Part shown: positions 49,636 through 63,095 of the stretch, piece after piece
Position numbering within the stretch: the stretch's first letter is position 1
How the letters are laid out: every line of letters begins with the position of its first letter
DNA from: Mustelus asterias
Taxonomy: Eukaryota
Direction: 5' to 3'
DNA length: 64,000 nt
NCBI RefSeq assembly: GCF_964213995.1
Contig: NC_135824.1
Location: 52,514,001-52,578,000 of the forward strand
Made by a program: the position numbers and the translations under genes
Notes under the pieces: model-generated
Databases searched by the model: none
Seen by the model: only the letters and a program-made list of their open reading frames with translations
Told to the model about the DNA's origin: nothing

Positions 49636-50762
49636 GGATGGTGAAAGCAACTGAACTCTGTCCGGAGAACACGTGATGTGGTTGCAATGGGAAATAATTC
49701 AGGTGCATTAGTTGCCTGTTGTTGATTCGCCTCCGCTGATTTTAGTAAATGTCTCGAAATGTGAAATCCCGTCATGTGATTTTTTTCTGTCTCTCACTGG
49801 GAAACTCGTATCCCTCTTTCAATGTTGTCAGTTCCTGCTGGGATTCGAATATTAGATCAGCGCTCCAACTTCGAAATTCGACCGAATACAGCAGAGTCTG
49901 TGCAACCTGTACAGGGAGGGGATCAGGAAGAGGCCATTCAACCTCTCCAGACAATTGTGCCAATCAGTCAGATCGTGGCTGGCTCCATCGTGGCCGCAAA
50001 TCCGGTTTCTGCCTCCCCTCCCCCCGCAGAGAAAAATCTTGACGCCTCTTGTTGTCAAATCTAATTGCTGAGGAATATATTCAATGACCGAATTCCCACT
50101 GTTCCGTCAGGTGTAAAATTCCGAAAGTAACTGCCGTCAAATTGGAAATTCCTCTTCATCTCCGACTTAGACAGGATTTAACTCTGGAACCATGCTCCCT
50201 AGCTCTAGGTTCCTCAAGGAGAGCGGAGCTTCCTCCCAGCATCGACACTTTCAGCCACCGCACAATACTATATGTTTCACTCAGATCACCTCTGGTTCTT
50301 CTAAATACCAATTAGAAGATTAATCCACCATGTTCAGGACTCCGGCCAGCAGAGGCAACAGTTTATCTATCGAACACTCTCCAATGTCTTTTCACTCTTG
50401 AAAGTAGAATTACGTCGACCAACATATTCTACATTGAAGGAAATGTAATCCAGGTTTTTGCCATCTGTCTTCGGAATTTCCCCTCTAAACCCCGGGATTG
50501 TTCTGTGGATCTGAGCTGTGATTCCCCCACATTGTCCCCTACCCATCAACCCCTCAATATGTCTTCGCAAATTCCTGCAGCTGCCAAGTCCACATAAACC
50601 AATCAGGAGGTGGGGGGCGCGGCTGATGCAGGAAGAGGGAGGTGATGTCAATCTGTGGGAGGGGCTGGGCTGTCAATCAAACGGTGAAGAGGAGGAGCAT
50701 TGCAATTTAAGTGTTTTCTTCTCAGTGAGAAAGATTGTTTAAAAGGGAAGCTGAAGGGGAAG

Positions 50763-51273
50763 ATGTATCTGTTGCTGGCTCTGTTCATCATGTTTCACCG
50801 TGAGGAACTTTCCCAACAACAATTCTTATTCAACATCTAACTTTCCTTTCCACTTGCTGACCTCCCTCTTGCTCTGATCCCTTCTGTTCTTTCTATTTTT
50901 CGACACCTCTCCGTCCTTTATTCTCCACCACACAGAGTGCCCAGTTTCCTGATCTCCTCTCTCTGTCTCTTCCTCAGATGTGAAGTCTGAGACCATCCGC
51001 CAGACTCCCGCCGCCGTTTCCAAATCTCCAGGGGAGAGAGTGAGACTGAACTGCACTGTGGATAGGAGCAGTACTCTCTGGATGTACTGGTACAGACAAT
51101 ACCCGGGGAGGGAGCTGCAGCAGATGTTTTTCTCCAACAGCAAAGACCATGTCAGTCCAAACGAGGCGGTGGACGGTTTCACAGCGAAGCGACCGGATGG
51201 CTATGAGTTCAACCTGAATTCCTCCAGCCTGAGGGTGAATCACTCGGCCGTGTATTACTGCGCCTGGAGTCTT
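50763..51273 (+). CDS. TRBV: TCR beta V5, intact: leader 50763-50799, V exon 50978-51273
   Basis: Open frame, both Cys, WYRQ, CAWSL. Confidence 0.9.
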
Positions 51274-51312
51274 CACAGTGACTCAGAGAGATGGAGCAGC
51301 TCAACAAAAACC
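51274..51312 (+). promoter_or_regulatory. 23-RSS of V5
   Basis: Perfect consensus. Confidence 0.97.
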
Positions 51313-54300
51313 CCAAAGGCAGCAGGAAACAGCTGCTTCACACAACAATGCGCGGTGCTTTTAGCGGCCATGTTTTTCCGTGCAGAGCCAAAATGCTTTT
51401 GACAATAAAAGCAACATTGCTATCAATATGAGTAACTGGATGTAAAGAGACGCCGGATAAGGTAAACACGAAAAATACTGAACATGTTCGCTTACACATT
51501 GACTCTGTCTACAATTCCCGCTGACCCGCAAAAGCAGCCAGCATAATTAAGGACCCCACGCAGCCCGGGCATTCTCTCTTCCACCTTCTTCCACTGGGAA
51601 AAAGATACAAAAGTCTTAGGTCACGTACCAACCGACTCAAGAACAGCTTCTTCCCTGCTACCATCAGACTTTTGAATGGACCTACCTCACATTAAGTTTA
51701 ACATTTTTCTACACCCGAGCTATGACTGTAACATTATATTCTGCACTCTGTCGTTTCCTTCTCTATGTACGGTATGCTTGGTTTGCATAGCGCTCAAGAA
51801 ACAATACTTTTCACTGTATACTATTACATGTGACAATAATAAAGAAATCGAAGAAGGTTGGGGGTGAGCTGCCACTAATAAATCCATCAAAGCAAATTAC
51901 TGCGGATGCGGCAATCTGATTAATCCAAATCCACTAATAAATCCCATCGGTATTCAAAAAAAACTTCTTTCTTCCAAGGCTGCTGAGGATGTGGAACCCG
52001 CTACCACAGGGCATGTCTCGCGGTGAACGTCGTACGTTCACTTAAGAGTTAAACAATAAGTTGGAGAAGTAGATGAGGGATATGTTCGGATATAACAGCA
52101 ACTCTTGGAGCTAATCTATTGAACATCTTCTCAGACTGAGGGCGAGTGTGCCCGGATCAGTCGGTTTTGATGAAACAAGCAATGATAGAACATGCAGCCG
52201 AGACAGCGAGAAATGAGGAGGTTTGTTTTTGGGACTCTGGTTCATTCCTTCGAGGGACCAGCAGAGGGCAGCACATGACCATGAACTATCTCCTTGTCTG
52301 CGACAAGCTTTATGAAGGAGTGGGGGAGGGAATTGAGCCTCTGTAACCTGTTCCTGTGTTTCTATCCTTGGAATTCCGACCAATCACAAGAATCCTTACA
52401 GTGCAGAAGGAGGCGGTACGGCCCATCCACTCTGTACTGGCAATCTGAAAGTTCCTTCAGCCGAATCGCGCTTCCCTGCCTCGCGTAACCGTTCACATTC
52501 TTCCTTTGAAGATAGCGATCGACTTCCCTTTTGAAACCTCGATCAAGCCTGTCTCCACCACCCTCTCAGGAAGCTCGTCCCAGAGTGTTAAAGCATTTTG
52601 GAATGTTATCAGCGTTTTCTCCCGTGATGACTGAGTTATTCAACTCCCCTGCCATTTCCTGGTACCCCATTATTCTTTCCCCACCCCATTCTCTGAGGCG
52701 CCTGTGTTCACGTCCATGACTTATGCACATATACACGGAGGTCCCCTTGCTCCTTCACCTCCTTTAAAGTTTCTCCTTTTGTTTTATACCGCATCCCCAC
52801 TTTCTCCCTGCCCAAATGGATCATCCACTGCACTGAATTTCATCTGTCTCCTCCCTGCCCCGTCCACCAATATGTCCGGTTGAACTTCAGGAGTATTTCG
52901 CTCACTTGACAACACTTCCAATCATCGTATCATCAGCTCCAGTTGGTTTCACTAAATGCCTCCTGACATAAGCAACGAACAGCGCCCCCCCCCCCCCCCG
53001 GCGCTCATTTGAAATTTCTGCTCCCTTCATCTGGAACGCCCGCACCTGCAGTCACCCAACTGCACCCCCACAATCACCCTCCAGAGAACATGTTTTCCTC
53101 CTTCGAACCAAAGAAATTATTTTATAACTTTCATGTTCCTGATTGGTTTCCAAATGCAGATTTTATCAAGCAGTTGTTTGAAACTTTCGTTTTTAATTGA
53201 AGCGGATAAAGAATGTACTTCAATGGGGATGAGGACGGCACGTTAGCACAGTGGTTAGCACCGCTGCTTCACACCGCTGCTTCGCAGCTCCAGGAACCTG
53301 GGTTCGATTCCCGGCTTGGGTCACTGTCTTTGTGGAGTTTACACATTCTCCTCGTGTCTGCGTGGGTTTTCTCCGGGTGCTCCGGTTTCCTCCCACAGTC
53401 CAAAGGTGGGCGGGTTAGGTTGATTGGCCATGCTAAAATTGCCCTTAGTGTCCTGAGATGCCTAAATTTGAGGGATTAGTGGGTAAATATGTAGGGATAT
53501 GGGGGTAAGGCCTGGGTGGGATTGTGGTCGGTGCAGACTCGATCGTCCGAATGGCCTCTTTCTGTGCTGTAGGGTTTCTATGATCTCTATGGGATGGTGA
53601 AAGCAACTGAACTCTGCCCGGAGAACACGTGATGTGGTTCCAATGAGAAATAATTCAGGTGCATTAGTTGCCTGTTGTTGATTCGCCTCCGCTGATTTTA
53701 GTAAATGTCTCGAAATGTGAAATCCCGTCATGTGATTTTTTCTGTCTCTCACTGGGAAATTCATACCCCTCTTTCAATGTTGTCAGTTCCTGCTGGGATT
53801 CGAATATTAGATCAGCGCTCCAACTTCGAAATGCGACAGAATACAGCAGAGTCTGTGCCACATGTACAGGAAGGGGATGAGGTAGAGGCCATCCAGCCCC
53901 TCCAGACAGCTGCGCCGCTCAATAAGATCGTGGCTGGCTCGATAGTGGCCGCAAATCAGCTTTCTGCCTCCCCTCCCACGTATAAAGAAATCCCGACGAC
54001 TCTGTTGTTCCCCAATCTAACTGGTGGGGGATATATTCAATGGCCTAGTTCCCACTGCTTCCTCAGGGATACAATTCCCAAAATACCCGCCATGAGAGAA
54101 GAAATTCCTCTTCGTCTCCGACTTAGACAGGAGATCACTTTGAGACCATGCTCCCCAGCTCTAGAATACCCAACGACAGCGGAGCTTCCTCCCAGCATCG
54201 ACACTTTCAGCCCCCTCACAATATTATATGTTTCACTCAGACCACCTCGGATTCTTTTAAATACCAATTAGAAGATTAATCCACCGTGTTCAGGACTCAG

Positions 54301-54711
54301 GCCAGCAGAGGCAACAGTTCATCTGTCGAACACTGTTGAATGTCTGCTTACTCTTGAATGCAGAATTACGTCGAAAACAATATTCTACATTGAAGGAAAT
54401 GTAATCCAGGTGTTTGCAGTCTGTCTTCGGAATTTCCCGTCGAAACCCCGGGATTGTTCTGTGGATCTGAGCTGTGATTCCTCCACATTTTCCCCTCTCC
54501 CCCTCAATGTGTCTTTGCAACCTCCTGCTTCTGCCAGCTCCACATAAACCAATCAGGGGGTGAGGGGTGGGTCTGATACAGGAAAAGGGCGGGGCTGTCA
54601 GTTAATGTGGGGGTTGGGCTGTCAATCAAAACATGGGGAGGAGGAGCATTGCAATTTCAGTGTTATCTTCCCAATGAGAAAGATTGTTTAACCGGGAAGC
54701 TGAAGGGGAAG

Positions 54712-55225
54712 ATGTATCTGTTGCTGGCTCTGTTCATCTTGTTTCACCGTGAGGAACTTTCCCAACAACAATTCTTATTCAACATCTAACTTTCCTTTCC
54801 ACTTGCTGACCTCCCTCTTACTCTGATTCCTTCTGTGCTTCCTATTTTTCGACACGTCTCTCTCCATTATTCTCCACCATACAGAGTGCCCAATTTCCTG
54901 ATCTCCTCTCTCTGTCTCTTCCTCAGATGTGAAGTCTCAGACTATCCGCCAGACTCCCGCCGCCGTTTCCAAATCTCCAGGGGAGAAAGTGGGGCTGAAC
55001 TGCACCTTGGAGAGAGGCGGGAGTGCTCTCAGCATGTTCTGGTACAGACAATACCCGGGGAGGAAGCTACAGCTGATGTTTTACTCCGACTTTGCAAATC
55101 ACGCCAGTCCAAATGAGGCGGTGGATGGCTTCACAGCGACGCGGCCAAATGACGAGAAGTTCAACCTGAATTCCTCCAGCCTGAGGGTGAATCACTCGGC
55201 CGTGTATTACTGCGCCTGGAGTCTT
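54712..55225 (+). CDS. TRBV: TCR beta V6, intact and most divergent: leader 54712-54748, V exon 54927-55225
   Basis: Open frame; CDR1 ERGGSALS, CDR2 YSDFANH. Confidence 0.9.
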
Positions 55226-55264
55226 CACAGTGACTCAGAGAGATGGAGCAGCTCAACAAAAACC
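55226..55264 (+). promoter_or_regulatory. 23-RSS of V6
   Basis: Perfect consensus. Confidence 0.97.
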
Positions 55265-55782
55265 CCAAAGGCAGCAGGAAACAGCTGCTTCACAAAACAC
55301 TGCGCGGTGCTGTTCGCAGCTGTGGTTTTTCGTGCAGAGCGAAAATATTTGTGACAATATAAACAGGATTGCTATCAATATGAGTAACTGGAGATAAACA
55401 GGGACGGAAAAAGGTAAACAGGAAAAATTAACAGCGAGGTTGCCAGTACTGAGAGGTTACAATTATAAGCGAAATCCGAACATGTTCGCTTCCCCATTAA
55501 CTCAGTCTACTCGTCCAGCTGCCTGGGGAAAGCAGCCAGCATAATCAAGGACCCCACGCACCCTGGACATTCTGTCTTCCTCCTTCTTCCTTCGGAAAAA
55601 CGTACAAAAATCTGAGGTCACGTTCCAACCGACTCAAGAACAGCTTCTGCCCTGCTGCCGTCAGATTGTTGAATGGATCTGCCTCACATTAAGTTTATCT
55701 TTATCGACACCCTAGCTATGACTTGACTCTACAATCTACACTCCGTTCCTTCTTTATTAACGGTATGCTTTGTCCGCATAGC

Positions 55783-56051
55783 TGTCTGTGTGGAGTTTGC
55801 ACATTCTCCTCGTGTCTGCGTGTGTTTCCTCCGGGTGCTCCGGTTTCCTCCCACAGTCCAAAGATGTGCGGGTTAGGTTGATTGGCCAGGTTAAAAATTG
55901 CCCCTTAGAGTCCTAAGATGTGTAAGTGAGAGGGATTAGCGGGTAAATATGTGGGGGTAGGGCCTGGGTGGGATTGTGGTCGGTGCAGACTCGATGGGCC
56001 GAATGGCCTCCTTCTGCACTGTAGGGTTTCTGTGATTTCTATGATTTCTAT
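55783..56051 (+). mobile_element. 5'-truncated HE1-like SINE, specific to unit 6
   Basis: SINE core and tail; absent from the other units. Confidence 0.85.
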
Positions 56052-56364
56052 AAGAAATAAGACGTTTCACTCTATACTAATACCAGTTACAACAATAAGT
56101 AAATCAAAGAAGGCTGGGGGTGAGCTGTCAGTAATAAATCCAATCGGAACACAATAGAAACTTCTTTACACAATGGCTGCTGAGGATGTGGAACCTGCTA
56201 TCATGGGAGTGTCCCGCGGTGAGCGGTGAAGATTCAAACAATAAAGTGGAGAAGTAGATGAGGAATATGTTCGGATATAACAGAAAACCTTCTGGAGCTA
56301 ATCTATTGAACATCGTTTCAGACTGAGGGCTAGTGTGTTCGCATCAGCTGGTTTTTCATCAATT

Positions 56365-56699
56365 CATAGAATCCTACAGTGCAGAAAGAGGCCATTCGGC
56401 CCATCGAGTCTGCACCAACCACAATCCCACCCAGGCCCTATCCCGATATCCCTACATATTTACCCATTAATCCCTCTAACATATGCATCCCGGGGACACT
56501 AAGGGGCAATTTAGAATGGCCAATCAACCTAGCCCGCACATCTTTGGACTGTGGGAGGAAAGCGGAGCACCCGGAGGAAACCTACGCAAACACAGGGAGA
56601 ATGTGCAAACTCCACACAGACAGTGACCCGAGCCGAGATTCGAACCTAGGTCCCTGGAGCTACGAAGCAGCAGTGCTAACCACTGTGCTACCGTGCCGT
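56365..56699 (-). mobile_element. HE1-like SINE, specific to unit 6
   Basis: Reverse-complement full-length SINE. Confidence 0.87.
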
Positions 56700-58959
56700 A
56701 TTTGTTTTGATGAAACAAGTAATGATAAGACATGAAGACGGGATAGCCGGGGCGTATGAATGAAATGGCTGTGTGGAAGAAATACAAATATATTGAAGTG
56801 AAGGGGTTTGTTTTTGGGGCTCTGTTTTCTTCCTTTAAGGGACCAGCAGAGGGCAGCACATGGTCATGAACTATCTCCTTGCAAGCTTTATGAAGGAGAG
56901 GGGGAGAGAATTGATCCGCTGTAAACTGTTCCTGTGTTTATATCCTTGGAATTCCTACCAATAACAGAATCCTTATAGTGCAGAAGGAGGCCGTTCGGCC
57001 AATCCCGTCTGCTCTGGCAATCTGAAAGATCCTTCTGCCTAATCACGCTTGCCTGCCTTATCCCCGTAACCTTTCACATTCCTTCTTTACAGATCTCTTT
57101 TGAAACCTCCATCAATCCTTCATCCACCACCTTCTCAGGAAGCTTGTCCCAGAATGTTTAAAGCATTTTGGAATGTTATTGGCGTTTTCCACCGTGAAGT
57201 CTGACGCAAAGTATATATTCAACTCCCCTGCCATTTCCTGGTTCCCTATTACTCTTTCCCTACCCCATTCTCTAAGGCGCCTGTGTCCACTTGAACGACT
57301 TACCCACGTACAAGCGGATGTCCCCTTATTCCTGCACCTCTTTTTGAGTTTTTCCGTTTGTTTTTTTATCGCGTCCACACATACTTCCTGCGCAAATAGA
57401 TCACCCATTGCATTGAACTTCATCTGCCTCCTCTTGGCCCCCTCCAACAATATGTTCAGTTGCATTTCAGGAGTACTCAATTGACAACACTTCCAATCAT
57501 CCTATCGTCCGCTCCAGTTGGTTTCACTAAATGCCTCCTGACATAAGCAACGAACAGCCTGGCGCTCATTTGAAATCTCTGCCCCCTTCATCTGGAACGC
57601 CCCCATCCACAGTCCTCACATCTGTACCCTCACCATCACCATCCAGAGAACATGTCTTTCTCCACCAACCCAAAACAATTCTTTTATCACCTTCATGTTC
57701 CTTGTTGCTTTTGCAAAGAGTTTACAAAGCAGCTCTTTGAAACTTTCCCTTTTAATTGAAGCGGATAGAGAATGAGCTTCAATGGGGATATGGGATCAAC
57801 TGAACTCTGCTCAGAGAACACGTGATGTGGTTGCAAAGGGAAATGATTCTGGTGCATTAATTGCCTGTTGTTGATTCTCCTCCGCTAATTTAAAAAAAAA
57901 CGTCGCTAAATTTGAATTCTCGTCATGTGACTCTTGTTGCTTCTCACTGGGAAATTCATATCCCTCTTTCAATGTTATCAGTTCCTGCTGGGATCCGAAC
58001 ATTAGATCAGCGCTCCAACTTCGAAATTCGACAGAATACAACAGAGTCTGTGCAACCTGCCCAGGAAGGGGATCAGGGAGTAGCCATTCAGCCCCTCCAG
58101 ACAGCTGTGCCGTTCAATAAGATTCTGGCTGGCTCGACCGTGGCCGCAGATCCGATTTCTACCTCCCCTCTCGCCGCGCAGAAAAATCTTGACGCCTCTG
58201 TTGCTCTCAAGTCTAACGGGTGGGGAATGAGTTCAATGACCCAGTTCCCACTCTTCTCTGAGGTATAAAATTCCGAAAGAATCCGACCTAAGAGAGGAAA
58301 TTCCTCTTCATCTCCGACTTAGACAGGAGATTACTCTGAGACCATGCTCCCTAGTTCTAGATTTCCCAACGAGAGCGGGGTTTCCTCTCGGCATCGACAC
58401 TTTCCGCCCCCCTCACAATATTATATGTTTCTCTCAGGTCACTTCTGGTTCTTCAAAAAACCAATTCGGAGATTAATCCACCATGACCATAGAACATTAC
58501 AGCGCAGTACAGGCCCTTCGGCCCTCGATGTTCAGGACTCCGACCAGCAGAGGCGACAATTAATCTATCGAAAAGTCTGGAATGTCTTTTTACTCTTGAA
58601 ATTAGAATTACGTCGACCACCATATTCTACATTGCGCCAAATGTCATCCAGGTTTGTGCAGTCTGTCTTCTGAATTTCCTCACAAAATCCCGGGATTGTT
58701 CTGTGGATCTGAGCTGTGATTCCTCCACATTTTCTCCTCTCCACCAACCCCTCAAAGTGTCTTTGCAACTTCCTGCTGCTGCCAACTCCACATAAACCAA
58801 TCCGGGGGTGAGGGGTGGGTCTGATACAGGAAAAGTGCGAGGCTGTCAGTTCACGTGGGGGCTGGGCTGTCAATCAAACAGTGAGGAGGAGGAGCATTGC
58901 AATTTAAGTGTTTTCTTCCCAGTGTGAAAGATTGTTTAACCGGGAAGCTGAAGGGGAAG

Positions 58960-59474
58960 ATGTATCTGTTGCTGGCTCTGTTCATCATGTTTCACCGTAA
59001 GGAACTTTCCCAAAAACAATTCTTATTCAACATCTAACTTTCCTTTCCACTTGCAGACCTCCCTCTTCCTCTGATCCCTTCTGTTCTTTCTATTTTTCTA
59101 CATCTCTCTCTCTTTCCTCGATTCTCCACCACCCAGAGTGCTTAATTTCCTGATCTCTCCCTGTCTCTTCCTCAGATGTGAAGTCTCAGACGATCCGCCA
59201 GACTCCCGCCGCCGTTTCCAAATCTCCAGGGGAGAGAGTGGGACTGAACTGCATTGTGCAGGGGAGCAGCAGTACTCTCAGGATGTACTGGTACAGACAA
59301 TACCCGGGGAGGGAACTACAGCTGATGTTTTACTCCGAAACTGAAGAGCATGTCAGTCCAAATGAGGCGGTGGACGGTTTCACAGCGAAGCGACCGAATG
59401 GCTATAAGTTTAACCTGAATTCCTCCAGCCTGCGGGTGAATCACTCGGCCGTGTATTACTGCGCCTGGAGTCTT
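58960..59474 (+). CDS. TRBV: TCR beta V7, intact: leader 58960-58996, V exon 59176-59474
   Basis: Open frame with canonical V residues. Confidence 0.9.
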
Positions 59475-59513
59475 CACAGTGACTCAGAGAGATGGAGCAG
59501 CTCAACAAAAACC
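59475..59513 (+). promoter_or_regulatory. 23-RSS of V7
   Basis: Perfect consensus. Confidence 0.97.
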
Positions 59514-62500
59514 CCAAAGGCAGCAGGAAACAGCTGCTTCACAAAACACTGCGCGGTGCTTTTAGCGGCCGTGTTTTTTCGTGCTGAACGAAAATGCTTT
59601 TGACAATAAAAGCAGCATTGCTATCAATATGAGTAACTGGATGTAAAGAGACGCCGGAAAAGGTAAACACGAAAAATGCCGAGCATGTTCGCTTACACAT
59701 TGACTGTCTGCGCTTCCCGCTGACCCGCAAAAGCAGCCAGCATAATTAAGGACCCCACGCACCCCGGGCATTCTCTCTTCCACCTTCTTCCACTGGGAAA
59801 AAGACACAAAAGTCTTAGGTCACGTGCCAACCGACTCAAGAACAGCTTCTTCCCTGCTGCCATCAGACTTTTGAATGGACCTACCTCACATTAAGTTGAT
59901 CTTTCTCTACACCCTAGCTATGACTGCAACATTATATTCTGCACTCTGTCGTTTCCTTCTCTATGTACGGTATGCTTGGTTTGCATAGCGCTCAAGAAAC
60001 AATACTTTTCACTGCATACTATTACATGTGACAATAATAAAGTAATCGAAGAAGGTTGGGGGTGAGCTGCCACTAATAATTCCATCAAAGCAAATTACTG
60101 CGGATGCTGGAATCTGATAAATCCAAATCCACTCATAAATCCAATCGGAATTCAAAAAAAAGTCTTTGTTCCAAGGCTGCTGAGGATGTGGAACCCGCTA
60201 CCACAGGGCATGTCTCGCGGTGAACGTCGTAGGTTTACTTAAGAGTTAAACAATAAGTTGGAGAAGTAGATGAGGGATATGTTCGGATATAACAGCAACT
60301 CTTGGAGCGAATCTATTGAACAGCTTCTCAGACTGAGGGCGAGTGTGCCCGGATCAGTTGGTTTGATGAAACAAGCAATGATAGAACATGCAGCCGAGAC
60401 AGCGAGAAATGAGGAGGTTTGTTTTTGGGACTCTGGTTTATTCCTTCGAGGGACCAGCAGAGGGCAGCACATGACCATGAACTATCTCCTTGTGTGCGAC
60501 AAGCTTTATGAAGGAGTGGGGGAGGGAATTGAGCCTCTGTAACCTGTTCCTGTGTTTCTATCCTTGGAATTCCGACCAATCACAAGAATCTTTACAGTGC
60601 AGAAGGAGGCCGTACGGCCCATCCACTCTGTACTGGCAATCTGAAAATTCCTTCAGCTGAATCGCGCTTCCCTGCCTCGCGTAACCGTTCACATTCTTCC
60701 TTTGAAGGTAGCGATCGACTTCCCTTTTGAAACCTCGATCAAGCCTGTCTCCACCACCCTCTCAGGAAGCTCGTCCCAGAGTGTTAAAGCATGTTGGAAT
60801 GTTATCAGCGTTTTCTCCCGTGATGACTGAGTTATTCAACTCCCCTGCCATTTCCTGGTTCCCCATTATTCTTTCCCCACCCCATTCTCTGAGGCGCCTG
60901 TGTTCACTTCCATGACTTATGCACATATACACGGAGGTCCCCTTGCTCCTTCACCTCCTTTAAAGTTTCTCCTTTTGTTTTATACCGCATCCCCACTTTC
61001 TCCCTGCCCAAATGGATCATCCACTGCACTGAAATTCATGTGTCTCCTCCCTGCCCCCTCCACCAATATGTCCGGTTGAACTTCAGGACTATTTCGCTTA
61101 CTTGACAACACTTCCAATCATCGCATCATCCGCTATAGTTGGTTTCACTAAATGCCTCCTGACAAAAGAAAAGAACAGACCCCCGGAGCTCATTTGAAAT
61201 TTTTGTCCCCTTCATCTGGAACGCCTGCACCCACAGTCCTCACATCTGTACCCTCACCATCACCATCCAGGGAAAATGTCTTTCTCCACCAACCCAAAAC
61301 AATTCTTTTATCACTTTCATGTTCCTTGTTGCTTTTACAAAGAGTTTATAAAGAAGCTCTTTGAAACTTTCTGTTTTAATTGAAGCGGATAGAGAATGAG
61401 CTTCAATGGGGATATAGGATCAACTGAACTCTGCTCAGAGAACACGTGATGTGGTTGCAAAGGGAAATGATTCTGGTGCATTAATTGCCTGTTGTTGATT
61501 CTCCTCCGCTAATTTTTAAAAAAACGTCGCTAAATTTGAATTCTCGTCATGTGACTCTTGTTGCTTCTCACTGGGAAATTCATATCCCTCTTTCAATGTT
61601 ATCAGTTCCTGCTGGGATCCGAACATTAGATCAGCGCTCCAACTTCGAAATTCGATAGAATACAACAGAGTCTGTGCAACCTGCCCAGGAAGGGGATCAG
61701 GGAGTAGCCATTCAGCCCCTCCAGACAGCTGTGCCGTTCAATAAGATTCTGGCTGGCTCGACCGTGGCCGCAGATCCGATTTCTACCTCCCCTCTCGCCG
61801 CGCAGAAAAATCTTGACGCCTCTGTTGCTCTCAAATCTAACGGGTGGAGAATGAGTTCAATGACCCAGTTCCCACTCTTCTCTGAGGTATAAAATTCCGA
61901 AAGAATCCGACCTAAGAGAGGAAATTCCGCTTCATCTCCGACTTAGACAGGAGATTACTCTGAGACCATGCTCCCTAGTTCTAGATTTCCCAACGAGAGC
62001 GGGGTTTCCTCTCGGCATCGACACTTTCCGCCCCCCTCACAATATTATATGTTTCTCTCAGGTCACTTCTGGTTCTTCAAAAAACCAATCCGGAGATTAA
62101 TCCACCATGAACATAGAACATTATAGCGCAGTACAGGCCCTTCGGCCCTCGATGTTCAGGACTCCGACCAGCAGAGGCGACAATTAATCTATCGAAAAGT
62201 CTGGAATGTCTTTTTACTCTTGAAATTAGAATTACGTCGACCACCATATTCTACATTGCGCCAAATGTCATCCAGGTTTTTGCAGTCTGTCTTCTGAATT
62301 TCCTCACTAAATCCCGGGATTGTTCTGTGGATCTGAGCTGTGATTCCTCCACATTTTCCCCTCTCCACCAACCCCTCAATGTGTCTTTGCAACTTCCTGC
62401 TGCTGCTAACTCCACATAAACCAATCAGGGGGTGAGGGGTGGGTCTGATACAGGAAAAGTGCGAGGCTGTCAGTTCACGTGGGGACTGGGCTGTCAATCA

Positions 62501-62583
62501 AACAGTGAGGAGGAGGAGCATTGCAATGTAAGTGTTTTCTTCCCAGTGTGAAAGATTGTTTAACCGGGAAGCTGCAGTGGAAG

Positions 62584-63095
62584 ATGTATCTGTTGCTGGC
62601 TCTGTTCATCATGTTTCACCGTAAGGAACTTTCCCAAAAACAATTCTTATTCAACATCTAACTTTCCTTTCCACTTGCAGACCTCCCTCTTCCTCTGATT
62701 CCTTCTGTTCTTTCTATTTTTCTACATCTCTCTCTCTTTCCTCGATTCTCCACCACCCAGAGTGCCCAATTTCCTGATCTCTCCCTGTCTCTTCCTCAGA
62801 TGTGAAGTCTCAGACGATCCGCCAGACTCCCGCCGCCGTTTCCAAATCTCCAGGGGAGAGAGTGAGACTGAACTGCACTGTGAAGGGGAGCAGTACTCTC
62901 AGGATGTACTGGTACAGACAATACCCGGGGAGGGAGCTAAAGCTGATGTTTTACTCCGAAACTGAAGAGCATGTCAGTCCAAATGAGGCGGTGGACGGTT
63001 TCACAGCGAAGCGACCGAATGGCTATAAGTTTAACCTGAATTCCTCCAGTCTGCGGGTGAATCACTCGGCCGTGTATTACTGCGCCTGGAGTCTT
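62584..63095 (+). CDS. TRBV: TCR beta V8, intact: leader 62584-62620, V exon 62800-63095
   Basis: Open frame with canonical V residues. Confidence 0.9.
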
